Shown here: positions 10,254 through 21,043 of the stretch, one piece after another
Position numbering within the stretch: position 1 is the stretch's first letter
Layout: each line of letters begins with the position of its first letter
Assembly: GCA_021846685.1 (NCBI GenBank)
Contig: JAJZWL010000001.1
Location: forward strand, 71,484-135,483
Direction: 5' to 3'
DNA from: a bacterium
Lineage (GTDB): Bacteria; Patescibacteriota; Dojkabacteria; JAKAPS01; JAJZLI01
Length of the DNA stretch: 64,000 nt
Translations under genes and position numbers: made by a program
Notes under the pieces: generated by a model
What the model was told of the DNA's origin: nothing
The model's database searches: none
What the model saw: the letters and a program-made list of their open reading frames with translations, nothing else

Positions 10254-11522
10254 ATGAGTTATATTAAAAATATTAAGGAACTTTCTAAAAATAAGCAAAG
10301 AAGCGCAGTTTTGAGTTTGGTAGAAAGTGCTTATAAATCTATCGACCCTAAAAATATTTTAGATGAGAGTATTTTATATAATAATGGAATACTTACGGTT
10401 CAGAATCAAGAATTTATACTTAGTAAATATAAAAAAATATACCTTTTAGGTATAGGGAAAGGATCATCTTATATATCAGATTTAATTAATATAAAATTAG
10501 AAGGTGTAATAACAAAAGGTTTTGCAATAGATCTTATTAAAGAAGATAGTAAAAAGATAAAGACCACGATAGGATCTCACCCTCTTCCTTCTGAGATTAA
10601 TTTTGATTTTGCGACAAAAATGATTTCTGAATTTAATGGATTATCTTCAGAAGATTTAGTTATCACTATAATTTGCGGAGGAGGTTCTTCTCTTTTTGAA
10701 TATAGTACTATTGGTTTAGAAGATAAAATTAAAGTAGAGAATCAACTTTTACATTCTAGTGCAGATATATATGAGATTAATACATTAAGGAAACATATTT
10801 CTCTTGTTAAGGGGGGTAATTTTGCAAAGATTTGTTATCCAGCAACTGTAATTGATCTTGTTTTCTCTGATGTATTAGGAAATGATCTTTCCTTTATAGC
10901 TTCAGGTCCGATGGTCTATGATGAAACTACAAAGGAAGATGCCATTAATATTGCAAAAAAATATCAAATTAATATTGATGAAAAGTACATAAAAGAGACT
11001 CCTAAAGATAAGGATATATTTATTAATGTTAAAAATTTTTTAATACTTACAAATATGACGCCACTTAGAGCTATGAAGAAAAAAGCACAAGATTTAGGTC
11101 TTGATGCATTTATATATTCAGATAGAGTTAATGGAATTGCCAAAGATTTGGGCTGTACTCTTATAGAAAATTGTCCTAAAGGTAAAATTCTTCTTGCAGG
11201 AGGAGAGACTACTGTGTTAGTTAAAGGGAAAGGTCTTGGTGGAAGAAATCAAGAAGTTGTTGCAGGTGCATTTAAATGTATATCAAAAGATATAGTAATA
11301 TGTTCTTTTGGGTCAGATGGTTGGGACAATTACTTTTTGGCAGGGGCTATTGCAGATTCTGAGTCAATTAGTAGTGCAAAAAAAGAATTTTTAGAAGTAG
11401 ATGATTTCCTTAAAGATAATAATACTTTACCTTTTTTTCAGAAAATAGGAGATGGTATCAATACTGGTAAATTACCATCAAATGTATCGGATTTAATGAT
11501 AGTGTATAGATTTGCAACCTAG
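10254..11522 (+). CDS. Glycerate 2-kinase (DUF4147/MOFRL family)
   Basis: GIGKGS, SHPLP, ICGGGSSL, RKHISLVKGG, GGETTV, GGRNQE; start moved to ATG 10254. Confidence 0.92.
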   Translation: MSYIKNIKELSKNKQRSAVLSLVESAYKSIDPKNILDESILYNNGILTVQNQEFILSKYKKIYLLGIGKGSSYISDLINIKLEGVITKGFAIDLIKEDSKKIKTTIGSHPLPSEINFDFATKMISEFNGLSSEDLVITIICGGGSSLFEYSTIGLEDKIKVENQLLHSSADIYEINTLRKHISLVKGGNFAKICYPATVIDLVFSDVLGNDLSFIASGPMVYDETTKEDAINIAKKYQINIDEKYIKETPKDKDIFINVKNFLILTNMTPLRAMKKKAQDLGLDAFIYSDRVNGIAKDLGCTLIENCPKGKILLAGGETTVLVKGKGLGGRNQEVVAGAFKCISKDIVICSFGSDGWDNYFLAGAIADSESISSAKKEFLEVDDFLKDNNTLPFFQKIGDGINTGKLPSNVSDLMIVYRFAT

Positions 11523-11548
11523 ATATATAGATGTTATATTTGTAGAGT

Positions 11549-12409
11549 ATGTTAGATGATATTTCCGATAAAAAAGTAAAATTTCTAGAAGAAAAATCGT
11601 TAGAAATAAGGGAGTTGATAATAGGTATGTTATTAAAAGCAAAATCAGGACATACTGCAGGTCCTTTAGGTTTAGCAGATATATTTTCAGTTCTATATTT
11701 CCACACTTTAAATCATTTTCCTCATGATCCAGATTGGGAAGATCGTGATAGATTAATTCTTTCAAATGGACATGTTTGCCCTGTTAGGTATGCTTCAATG
11801 GCTCTTTCTGGGTATTTCCCACTTAAAGAGCTTGATACTTTAAGACAGTTAAATACTAGATTGCAAGGACATCCTCATAGAAGTGCTCTCCCAGGGTTGG
11901 AAACTACCTCTGGACCATTAGGAGAAGGAATTTCTCAGGCTATTGGTATTGCATTATCAGCTAAATTAGATAAGAAAGATTATAGAGTATATGTAGTGAC
12001 TGGAGATGGAGAACATAACGAAGGAAATATCTGGGAATCTATAATGATGGGAGCTAGGTATAAATTAGATAATCTAGCGGTAATTGTAGATAGAAATAAT
12101 ATTCAAATTGATGGATTTACAGAAAATGTCATGCCATTAGATGATTTAAAAAATAAATATGAATCTTTTGGGTGGGTAGTCTTTGATATTGATGGTAATA
12201 ATATAAGAGATATTGCAGATGCTTTTTCCAAAACAAGAAGTATTCATGAGAAGCCTGTAGTTATAATAGCTCATACTGTACCTGGAAAAGGTGTTGATTT
12301 TATGCAAAATGATTTTAAATGGCATGGTATGCCTCCTCAAGAGGCACAAGCTAAGATTGCGTTAAAGGAGCTAAGAACTCTTAAAAATAAAATTGAAAAT
12401 GATTATTAA
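11549..12409 (+). CDS. Transketolase, N-terminal subunit
   Basis: SGH, DRDRLILSNGH, LQGHP, ThDP motif GDGE...DRN. Confidence 0.95.
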   Translation: MLDDISDKKVKFLEEKSLEIRELIIGMLLKAKSGHTAGPLGLADIFSVLYFHTLNHFPHDPDWEDRDRLILSNGHVCPVRYASMALSGYFPLKELDTLRQLNTRLQGHPHRSALPGLETTSGPLGEGISQAIGIALSAKLDKKDYRVYVVTGDGEHNEGNIWESIMMGARYKLDNLAVIVDRNNIQIDGFTENVMPLDDLKNKYESFGWVVFDIDGNNIRDIADAFSKTRSIHEKPVVIIAHTVPGKGVDFMQNDFKWHGMPPQEAQAKIALKELRTLKNKIENDY

Positions 12410-12412
12410 ATT

Positions 12413-13405
12413 ATGTTAAATGAATCTTTATATTTAAATAAGAATATTTTTTCTGATAGTGTAGATAAAAAAGCTACAAGAGATGGATATGGGGATGAAT
12501 TATTAAAACTAGGAGAAGATAATGAGAATATTGTAGTTCTTACAGCAGATTTGACAGAATCTACTAAAGTAGATAAATTTGCAGAAAAATATCCAGAGAG
12601 ATTTTTTGAATGTGGAATAGCAGAGCAAAGTATGGTAGCTGTAGCTGCAGGTTTTGGAGTAAATGGGAAAAGAGCTTTTAGTTCTTCTTATGCAACTTTT
12701 TCTCCAGGAAAAAATTGGGAAACAATCAGGACAACTGTTGCATATAATGATTCTGATGTTAAAATTGCGGGTCATCATGCCGGATTAATGACTGCACAAG
12801 ATGGAGCTACTCATCAAGCTTTAGAAGATATAGCCTTGATGAGAGTATTGCCTAATATGAAAGTCCTATCCCCATGTGATTATTATGAGGCAATGAAAGT
12901 CACAAAAATTGCAGGAGAAACATATGGGCCTTTTTATCTTAGATTTACAAGAGAAGCAACCCCAATCATCACAACTCAAGATACTCCTTTTTCCTTAGGC
13001 GAGAACTATTCTTACTGGATAAGTGAAAAACCTAAATGTGTGATATTTGCAACAGGATATACATTATATTATGCCTTACTTGCTGCGAATACTTTAAAGA
13101 AAGATAATATAGATGTAGAAGTTATCAATGTCTCATCTATAAAACCTATAAATAAAGAATTTATTGTATCTCGTGTGAAGAATGTGAGAAAAGTATTGAC
13201 AGTAGAAGATCATCAGGTAGCTGGAGGCTTAGGGTCTTTAATATCTGAAATACTTGCAGAAGAGTGTCCTTCTTTAATTGAATTTGTAGGTATGCATGAT
13301 CAATTTGGTGAATCAGGAACTTCAAGTGAACTTATATCTAAATATGGTATAGATGATAAAGGTATTACTTCTTCAGTATATAAATTATTAAAAAAAGCAT
13401 TATGA
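12413..13405 (+). CDS. Transketolase, C-terminal subunit
   Basis: ECGIAEQ, DGATHQALED, TVEDHQ..GGLG. Confidence 0.95.
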   Translation: MLNESLYLNKNIFSDSVDKKATRDGYGDELLKLGEDNENIVVLTADLTESTKVDKFAEKYPERFFECGIAEQSMVAVAAGFGVNGKRAFSSSYATFSPGKNWETIRTTVAYNDSDVKIAGHHAGLMTAQDGATHQALEDIALMRVLPNMKVLSPCDYYEAMKVTKIAGETYGPFYLRFTREATPIITTQDTPFSLGENYSYWISEKPKCVIFATGYTLYYALLAANTLKKDNIDVEVINVSSIKPINKEFIVSRVKNVRKVLTVEDHQVAGGLGSLISEILAEECPSLIEFVGMHDQFGESGTSSELISKYGIDDKGITSSVYKLLKKAL

Positions 13406-15060
13406 ATGATTTAACAGACTTAAAACAGGAAATACAAAAAAGGATTAAAGGTGAAGTATCTACAGATAATGAGGTTTTAGAATTTCATAGTAGGGACACA
13501 TCTATTTTTAAAAGAAGACCTCAGCTAGTTGTTTTCCCTCATAATAGTGAAGATATAGAAGAATTAGTAAAGATAGTAAATGAAAATAAAAATAAAATAA
13601 AGAACCTTTCAATTACTCCTCGTTCTGGTGGAACATGTATGTCTGGAGGAACGATTACTGATTCAATTGCTTTAGATATGAAATATTTTGATAAACTTAA
13701 GAAATTTTCTAAAGAGGATATGTATGCAGTGGTAGAACCTGGCCTTTATTATAGGGATTTTGAAAAAGTGGCAGATCAAAATAATGTAGTCTATCCTTCT
13801 TATCCAGCTTCAAAAAATATTTGTGCTTGGGGAGGAATAGTTAATAATAACTCAGGTGGTGAAAAATCTCTAAATTATGGAAAAACTCAGAATTATGTAG
13901 AAGAAGTAAATATGATACTCAGGGATGGTCTTTTACATAATTTTAAAAAAATAAGTAAATCTGAATTAGATGAAAAAATGAAAAAAGAAGATTTAGAGGG
14001 TGAGATTTACAGAAAAGCTTTTGATCTTTTTGAAAAAAATGATGATTTAATTAAAAGATCTAAACCAAAAGTTTCGAAAAATTCATCAGGTTATAACATT
14101 TGGAATGTTTGGGATAAAGAGGCTCAAACATTTAATCTTTCTCAGGCATTTATAGGTGCTCAAGGCACTTTTGGTGTTATGACTGATGCAAAAATAAAAT
14201 TTGTTGAAAAAAAGAAATATGAAGGTATGTTAGTTGTATTTATGGAAAGTTTTGATAATCTTCCTCAGATCATTAATGAAGTCCTAAAGTACAAGCCTGA
14301 AAGTTTTGAATCTTTTGATAACTACACATTCAAATTAGCACTTAAATTCTTTTTTGCATTTTCAAAATTATTAGGCAGTAATGTTGTGAAGATGCCTTTT
14401 GAATTTTTTCCTGAATTTATGCTTGTTTTAAAAAATGGAGTTCCTAAATTAATTCTTTTAGTAGAATTTAATGAAAATGATAAAGGAATTATTGATACAA
14501 ATATTATGAATCTAAAAAAAGATCTGGCTAAATATAAGAATGTTTATATGAGACAAGCAAAAACAGACAAGGATATTGAAAAATATTTTGCTATTAGGAG
14601 AGAAAGTTTTAATCTGCTGAGACAAAGGATCAAAAATTTAAAATCTGCCGCTTTTATAGATGATATTATTGTAAGTCCAGAAAATCTTCCTGCATTTTTA
14701 CCTAAAATCTATGAAATACTAGATTCAGAAAAACTTTTATATACAGTTGCAGGACATATGGGAGATGGAAATTTTCATATTATTCCTTTAATGGATTTAA
14801 GAAAAAAAACTGAAAGAGATAAAATTTTTAGAATCGCTGATAGAGTATATGAATTGGTACTTTCTTTTGAAGGGGTTATTACCGCAGAACATAATGATGG
14901 ATTAATAAGGAGTCCTTATCTTGAGCAAGAGTATGGGAAGGATATATATTCTATTTTTAAACAATTAAAAGATATATTTGACCCTGATTTTATTTTTAAT
15001 CCAAATAAAAAGATTGGTGTGACAAAGGAATTTTCTGAATCTTTGATAGCTGAAGATTAA
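13402..15060 (+). CDS. FAD-linked oxidase (D-lactate/glycolate dehydrogenase-like)
   Basis: PRSGGT, NNSGG, GAQGTFG, GHMGDGNFH, AEHNDG, DP..IFNP. Confidence 0.9.
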   Translation: MNDLTDLKQEIQKRIKGEVSTDNEVLEFHSRDTSIFKRRPQLVVFPHNSEDIEELVKIVNENKNKIKNLSITPRSGGTCMSGGTITDSIALDMKYFDKLKKFSKEDMYAVVEPGLYYRDFEKVADQNNVVYPSYPASKNICAWGGIVNNNSGGEKSLNYGKTQNYVEEVNMILRDGLLHNFKKISKSELDEKMKKEDLEGEIYRKAFDLFEKNDDLIKRSKPKVSKNSSGYNIWNVWDKEAQTFNLSQAFIGAQGTFGVMTDAKIKFVEKKKYEGMLVVFMESFDNLPQIINEVLKYKPESFESFDNYTFKLALKFFFAFSKLLGSNVVKMPFEFFPEFMLVLKNGVPKLILLVEFNENDKGIIDTNIMNLKKDLAKYKNVYMRQAKTDKDIEKYFAIRRESFNLLRQRIKNLKSAAFIDDIIVSPENLPAFLPKIYEILDSEKLLYTVAGHMGDGNFHIIPLMDLRKKTERDKIFRIADRVYELVLSFEGVITAEHNDGLIRSPYLEQEYGKDIYSIFKQLKDIFDPDFIFNPNKKIGVTKEFSESLIAED

Positions 15061-15071
15061 ATAAATATTAA

Positions 15072-16379
15072 ATGAAATTGAGAAATATTAAAATTAATAG
15101 AGGAAGTCATCTTGGTCTTTTTTCGGCTATTTTATTTTCCATTGGGAGTATAGTAGGTGGTGGAATATTTGCTTTGACAGGGATGGCTATAAAAAATTCT
15201 GGATATTTTTCTTTAATATCATTTGTTATAGCATTTATTCTAATATTAATATCTGGATTATCATATTCTCAGTTATCGGTTATATATCCTTCAGATGGAG
15301 GTGGTTATCTTTTTGCAAAAGAATTATTAGGGAATTTTTGGGGATTTTTAACAGGTTGGGGAATATATATATCTAGTTGTATATTCATAGCTTTTGTATT
15401 GCATGTATTTGGAATTTATTTATCAGAGTTTTTTATTCACTCGTTAACAGATGTAAATGCTTCTATAATTGCATTTGTTGTGCTTTTTATAGTTGGGATT
15501 TTAAATATATCTGAAACGGGATGGTTTGAAGGAACTCTTGTATTTCTTAATATATTAATATTATTTATATTTATAATTTCTGGATTTTTCCACTTAGGGG
15601 GATTTGCCTCAAATTATAAGGGAGGTAGTATATCCTCCATTTTTCCTACTATTGGTATAATTTTCATTTCTTTTATGGGTTTTCAAGCAATAACCAATAT
15701 ATCTGAAGAGGTAAATAATCCAAAGAAGACTATCCCTAAAGCTATAGTGATAGCACTGCTATTTGTTTTAATTTTATATGTATTAATTGATATTGTTGTT
15801 TTATCTGTATTAAAAGGGAATTTCAATGTATCCTCAGTAATGATTGCTGCAGAAAAAACGATGGGACCATTGTTTATACTATTACCTTTTTCTGCATTAA
15901 TATCAACTCTTTCTGCTGCTAATTCTAATATTATATCGTCTTCAAAAACCATATTTTTCATGTCAGAAGAAAAACAGATTTCGAATAAATTTTCTAAAAC
16001 TAATAGGTTTAATTCTCCATATCGATCATTAGTATTCTTATCTATAATAGTTATTAGTTTTTTAATCTTCTCCAATACATCTTTTTTAGTAAGTGTTGCT
16101 GTAGTTTTGGTAATGTTTTTATTTATCTTAATCAATCTTTCATCTTTTATTTTTAACATGAAGTACAAACACATACGGGATAAGAGATCATTTAGAATTT
16201 TCAGTGATTATTTACCGTTATGTGGAGTTTTAATAACATTAAGTATATTTTTAAGTGTATCTTTTCTTTCTTTTGAAGTAGCTAGTGTACTCTTTTTCTC
16301 AGGTGTGATATACTATGAGTTAGAAGATTCTAGTTTTTTTAATCGATTATATAAATTTGTAAAGTATAGATATGCATGA
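15072..16379 (+). CDS. APC family amino acid permease
   Basis: GSIVGGGIF, GGGY, FMGFQ...SEEV.NP.K.IP; about 12 TM segments. Confidence 0.92.
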   Translation: MKLRNIKINRGSHLGLFSAILFSIGSIVGGGIFALTGMAIKNSGYFSLISFVIAFILILISGLSYSQLSVIYPSDGGGYLFAKELLGNFWGFLTGWGIYISSCIFIAFVLHVFGIYLSEFFIHSLTDVNASIIAFVVLFIVGILNISETGWFEGTLVFLNILILFIFIISGFFHLGGFASNYKGGSISSIFPTIGIIFISFMGFQAITNISEEVNNPKKTIPKAIVIALLFVLILYVLIDIVVLSVLKGNFNVSSVMIAAEKTMGPLFILLPFSALISTLSAANSNIISSSKTIFFMSEEKQISNKFSKTNRFNSPYRSLVFLSIIVISFLIFSNTSFLVSVAVVLVMFLFILINLSSFIFNMKYKHIRDKRSFRIFSDYLPLCGVLITLSIFLSVSFLSFEVASVLFFSGVIYYELEDSSFFNRLYKFVKYRYA

Positions 16380-17106
16380 AAGTAAGTTAGGTCTTGTTAC
16401 TGAGATACAAGAAAGTAAATTTCCGAGGCATATAATGATTATTCCTGATGGAAATGGAAGATGGGCGAAAGAAAGAGGTCGCGCTGTATCTTTTGGGCAC
16501 AAAAGAGGAGCAAAGGTTATGGAAGATCTTTTGAGAAAACTATCTAAATTAGATAAACTGAAGTATATTACTCTATGGGGATTTTCTTCGGATAATTGGA
16601 AAAGATCTCCTGCTGAAGTACATTTTTTAATGAAAACCTTCAATAATATGTTAGAAACTTTTTCGGGAGAATTTAAAAAAGAGAATACAAGGTTTATACA
16701 TATAGGAAGGAAGGATAGAATTCCAGCCTATTTAAAAAAGACAATAGAAAAATTAGAATATGATACAAAAGATAATAATTCTAGAATTGCTTCAATAGCT
16801 ATAGATTTTGGAGGTATGGATCAATTTCTTAGATTAGTAAATATGGTGATAGAACAGCATATAGAAAATGATATAGATATGAATGAGCTATTGTCTTTTT
16901 TAGATGGGAAAGGTATAATTCCTCCTGCAGATTTATTAATTAGAACGTCGGGTGAAAAACGTACCTCAGATATAGGATGGCTTAATGGTGCTCCAACGGA
17001 GCTTTACTTTGAAAAAAAATATTTTCCTGATATTAATATAGAGGATATATATGAAGCAATTATTGCTTTTTCATATAGAGATAGAAGATTAGGACAAAGA
17101 GTATAA
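16372..17106 (+). CDS. uppS: Undecaprenyl diphosphate synthase
   Basis: PRHIMIIPDGNGRWA, FSSDNWKR, DLLIRTSGE.R.S. Confidence 0.95.
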   Translation: MHESKLGLVTEIQESKFPRHIMIIPDGNGRWAKERGRAVSFGHKRGAKVMEDLLRKLSKLDKLKYITLWGFSSDNWKRSPAEVHFLMKTFNNMLETFSGEFKKENTRFIHIGRKDRIPAYLKKTIEKLEYDTKDNNSRIASIAIDFGGMDQFLRLVNMVIEQHIENDIDMNELLSFLDGKGIIPPADLLIRTSGEKRTSDIGWLNGAPTELYFEKKYFPDINIEDIYEAIIAFSYRDRRLGQRV

Positions 17107-17153
17107 CCTTAAGTAAAAAAAGGTTATATGTTTATTTAATTAAAAAATAATTT

Positions 17154-18824
17154 ATGGATAAAAAATTAAAAGTTATTACGCTAGGAGGCGTAGAAGAAGT
17201 AGGAATCAATTCTACTATTATAGAAAATGATAGAGATATTATTGTAATAGATTTCGGATTAGGATTTCCTGATGATAATTTATTTGGAATAGATCTATTG
17301 ATTCCAAATTTTGATTATTTAAAGGCAAATAAAGATAAAATAAGAGGGTTTATAATAACTCACGGTCATTTAGATCATATAGGAGGGTTACCTTATGTTA
17401 TGGAAGAATTAGGATTTCCACCAATATATGGAGCTAAAATGACTATTGAAATTATAAAAGAAAAAATGTCTGAAAAAACTTTCTCTTTAAAGAATAAAAT
17501 TAATGTAATTGAATTTTCTAAAGATGATAGTTTTAATTTAGGTAAATTTAAAATCAGTTTTTTTGGAGTTAATCATAATATTCCAGATTCTGTAGGTATT
17601 ATAGTAGGAACTGAATTTGGGAATATAGTACATACTGGAGATTTTAAATTTGACAATACTCCTTTTCAAGAACCTGTAACAGAATATGCAAAAATTGTGA
17701 AAGTCGGAGAAGAAGGAGTTTTATTAGCTATGTCTGATAGTACTAATGCTACTAAAACAGGGATGTCTGTCTCTGAAAGTGGTATTACCCCTGTTTTGGA
17801 GAATATATTTATAAAAGCTCAAGGTAGAATAGTTGCAGCAACTTTTTCATCTTTACTTACAAGGGTAAATCAGTTAATAACTCTTGCACAAAAATATAAT
17901 AGAAAAGTATCAATATCAGGTATTTCAATGGAAACAACAGTAAAGATTGCTAAAAACTTAGGGTATTTAAAAGTTCCTGAAAGTATTTTTATAAAGCCAG
18001 AAGAGGTATCTAAGTATAAAGATAGTGATGTCTTAATTGTTACTACAGGAGCTCAAGGAGAAGAGAATGCAGGTTTGATGAAAATGATTACAGGCGAACA
18101 TCAATATATAAATATAACTAATACAGATACAGTTGTACTTTCTTCTTCTGTAATACCTTCAAATGCAATATTAGTACAAAAACTTCTGGATACTATTATT
18201 TCTACAGGAGCTCATGTTATACATCAAAGTATAATGGATGTTCATGCAGGAGGTCATGCACACCAAGAAGATCACAAATTATTTCTAAATTTAGTCAAGC
18301 CACAATTCTTTATGCCTATAGAGGGATATCAATCTTTTCTTGCGGCTCATATCCAAACAGCAAAAACTGTCGGAATAAAAAATAGTCAAATCTTAATGCC
18401 AAAAAATGGATTAGTATATGAATATTTCCCAGGAAGAGGTTTTGTCAGGGGTGAAAGAATAAAGCATGTTCCTGTAAGAATTTCGAATAATGTTATGTGG
18501 GATTTTGGGAATAAAATTCTTAAAGAAAGAGAGCAATTATCTGAATATGGACTGGTTTTGATTGTATTGAATTCAAATTCAAAATTTAAGCTCAAAAAAG
18601 ATCCCTATATACTTTCTCGTGGTTTTACTATGTCTAATAAAAATATGAAAATGTTATCTTATATGGAAAATTTTATTAAAAATACATTTGCCGAAAAAAT
18701 AGAAGATAGAATGAAAGATTCTGCAGAGGTAAAGACATTTATAATTGGTCAGGTAGAACAGGAATTTCTGGGTAAATTTAAACAAGAACCTATTGTTCTT
18801 GTTGTTTTAAGTAATGATAAATAA
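17154..18824 (+). CDS. rnj: Ribonuclease J
   Basis: LGGVEEVG, THGHLDHIGG, HTGDFKFD, SDSTNA, VHAGGH. Confidence 0.95.
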   Translation: MDKKLKVITLGGVEEVGINSTIIENDRDIIVIDFGLGFPDDNLFGIDLLIPNFDYLKANKDKIRGFIITHGHLDHIGGLPYVMEELGFPPIYGAKMTIEIIKEKMSEKTFSLKNKINVIEFSKDDSFNLGKFKISFFGVNHNIPDSVGIIVGTEFGNIVHTGDFKFDNTPFQEPVTEYAKIVKVGEEGVLLAMSDSTNATKTGMSVSESGITPVLENIFIKAQGRIVAATFSSLLTRVNQLITLAQKYNRKVSISGISMETTVKIAKNLGYLKVPESIFIKPEEVSKYKDSDVLIVTTGAQGEENAGLMKMITGEHQYINITNTDTVVLSSSVIPSNAILVQKLLDTIISTGAHVIHQSIMDVHAGGHAHQEDHKLFLNLVKPQFFMPIEGYQSFLAAHIQTAKTVGIKNSQILMPKNGLVYEYFPGRGFVRGERIKHVPVRISNNVMWDFGNKILKEREQLSEYGLVLIVLNSNSKFKLKKDPYILSRGFTMSNKNMKMLSYMENFIKNTFAEKIEDRMKDSAEVKTFIIGQVEQEFLGKFKQEPIVLVVLSNDK

Positions 18825-19464
18825 AAAAGCTTTTATAAGTGATATTAATATCATCAATAATAAATATATCTTGCTCTATTTAGAATATGATGGAGAGTTT
18901 GTATATAAGCCAGGTCAGTACATAATAATTATTTTTAATGAAAAATTAAGGAGGTCTTATTCTATAGCTTCTGTTGAAAATGGAAAAATATTAATTGGAG
19001 TAAAATTAGATCAAGGTGAAGGTACCTCGGCTTTAATGAAGTTGAAATTGAAAGATAATATTGAATTTATAGGACCAATTGGTAATTTCTATTATAGAGA
19101 AAGTAAAAAAAATCCTATCTTTATAGCTACAGGCATAGGGATTACTCCTATAAACTCAATGATAGACTATCTAGTTTCAATTAATGCTTTGAATTTAAAA
19201 CTTTTTTGGGGAGTAAAATCTGAAATTGATTTTATATTTAATTTTGACTATTTAAAAGATAAATTTATCCCTATAATATCAGATAGAAATACACAATTTA
19301 AAAATAAAGGTTATGTTACAGATTATTTGTTTAAATATATAGATGATTTCTCTGAGAAAGATTTCTATATTTGTGGAGATCCTAAAAAAGTAAATGATAT
19401 TAGAGAATATTTGCAATTCAAATTCCAAGTGGAGAAGGATTCTATTTATATAGAGAAATTTTAA
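18814..19464 (+). CDS. Ferredoxin-NADP reductase-like FAD/NAD(P) oxidoreductase
   Basis: PGQY, RSYSIAS, IATGIGITP, FYICG, C-terminal EKF. Confidence 0.9.
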   Translation: MINKKAFISDINIINNKYILLYLEYDGEFVYKPGQYIIIIFNEKLRRSYSIASVENGKILIGVKLDQGEGTSALMKLKLKDNIEFIGPIGNFYYRESKKNPIFIATGIGITPINSMIDYLVSINALNLKLFWGVKSEIDFIFNFDYLKDKFIPIISDRNTQFKNKGYVTDYLFKYIDDFSEKDFYICGDPKKVNDIREYLQFKFQVEKDSIYIEKF

Positions 19465-19468
19465 TATT

Positions 19469-20104
19469 ATGGATCTAAAAATATCAGATAAAATTAAAGA
19501 ATTAATGTCTAAAGTTAATTATGATAATAGGAAATTATCATCAGAACTTGGGATAAAAGAATCTGAATTCAGAAAAATGCTAGAAGAAGATTCTGTCCCT
19601 GCAAATATTTTATTTAAAATTGTAAAAATAATAAATACTAGTATTCTTTATTTTTATCCTAATAATAAAGACATATTTTCTGATATTATAGAAAAATGGA
19701 GGTATAATGAGGGTAATTCTCCATACACAAATATTCCATTGGTAGAAGATATTTATCCAGATAATTTGCTTAAGACATTGTTTACTTCACAGACTTCGGT
19801 AATGGTTCCTTTTAATTGTATAAAATATTTTGATTCTATTTTGGCTATTCGAGTAAAAAAATTGAAACTAAAAGATAGTAATATTGAAAGGAATACTATT
19901 GCTGTAGTAAATTTTTCTTTTGTAAGTGTAAAAAATTCGGAATTAGTAATTTGCTATGATAAAAGGAATAATTTTCATATTAGAAATTATTATAATGAGG
20001 AGCTATTCTCTTTTTATCCGGATAAAAAACCTATTAAGCTTAAAAACACTACTATATTTGGTAAAATTATATATTTCCAATTAGATAATTTAATTTTACT
20101 TTAA
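19469..20104 (+). CDS. XRE-type HTH protein, possibly with a degenerate S24-like C-domain
   Basis: N-terminal HTH (KIKELM...LSSELGI), C-terminal IFGKII. Confidence 0.5.
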   Translation: MDLKISDKIKELMSKVNYDNRKLSSELGIKESEFRKMLEEDSVPANILFKIVKIINTSILYFYPNNKDIFSDIIEKWRYNEGNSPYTNIPLVEDIYPDNLLKTLFTSQTSVMVPFNCIKYFDSILAIRVKKLKLKDSNIERNTIAVVNFSFVSVKNSELVICYDKRNNFHIRNYYNEELFSFYPDKKPIKLKNTTIFGKIIYFQLDNLILL

Positions 20105-20125
20105 TCTTTTTTATATAAAATTCGT

Positions 20126-20617
20126 ATGACTATGAATTTTAGCAATGAATTATTGTCAAATAGAACTGATGAAACTAAGGATGGTTTGAGTGTGGATGAT
20201 TTAGGGGCTATTGAGGCATGTTTATTAGTAAAGAAAAAGATAGATACTGTTTTTTTATCTCCAGAAGAAATAAGAATTTTAAAAGACAAAGATAAATTAC
20301 CTAAAGATTATATTGAATATATCCCTACAAAATCAAATAAGGTTGCTCAATTAGGTTCTATGGTCAGGATAAAACAGATTTTACGAGATGGATCCGTTAT
20401 TGAAGAGGCAGTCATGATATTTAGTAGAATTACATTTTTAGCAACTGATGGAGAATATGAAGTCGGAAATGAAGATGGTGTATCTAGATTTTATCCTATT
20501 GTTCCATATACCTCTCCTTTAGGAAGTGCTATTCTTGGACATATGGTTGGGGGAGATTATCTGGTGTGGCATTCAAATGATACTCAGTCAAAAGTTTCTA
20601 TTCTAGAAATTGAATAA
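20126..20617 (+). CDS. GreA/GreB C-terminal domain protein (Rnk-like)
   Basis: LGSMVRI, VPYTSPLGSAILGH.VG, C-terminal ILEIE. Confidence 0.65.
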   Translation: MTMNFSNELLSNRTDETKDGLSVDDLGAIEACLLVKKKIDTVFLSPEEIRILKDKDKLPKDYIEYIPTKSNKVAQLGSMVRIKQILRDGSVIEEAVMIFSRITFLATDGEYEVGNEDGVSRFYPIVPYTSPLGSAILGHMVGGDYLVWHSNDTQSKVSILEIE

Positions 20618-20623
20618 ATATTT

Positions 20624-20836
20624 TTATTTATTTATTTCCTTTTCTTTATTTATAAGTATTCTGCCAAATACTACGTCTATTATTGCTAGTATAAAGAATA
20701 ATGAGGCATGTTTTAATTGATATGTATCTGGGTGGTTATTAAATACTAATATATGTTGAAATCCTGGAATTAAATAATATATTGTAATTAATATAAAAAT
20801 AACTGCAAGTATAATTACAATATTTTTTTTCTTCAT
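20624..20836 (-). CDS. Small membrane protein
   Basis: Two hydrophobic segments. Confidence 0.6.
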   Translation of the reverse strand: MKKKNIVIILAVIFILITIYYLIPGFQHILVFNNHPDTYQLKHASLFFILAIIDVVFGRILINKEKEINK

Positions 20837-21043
20837 TATTATATGTTATAAAGTTATGCGCTATAAGTAGATTTTATCAGATTATTTTAATACTTACAAA
20901 CATAGGAATATCATAAATGATATAATCGAATGCGTAGTTAAAGGAATAAATTTTTGTAATAAAAAATATTTAATCTTCTGTATTAGTCTAAATATCCCCA
21001 ATAATAAATGGAGTAATTCTATATTAATATAAATATGACATAT

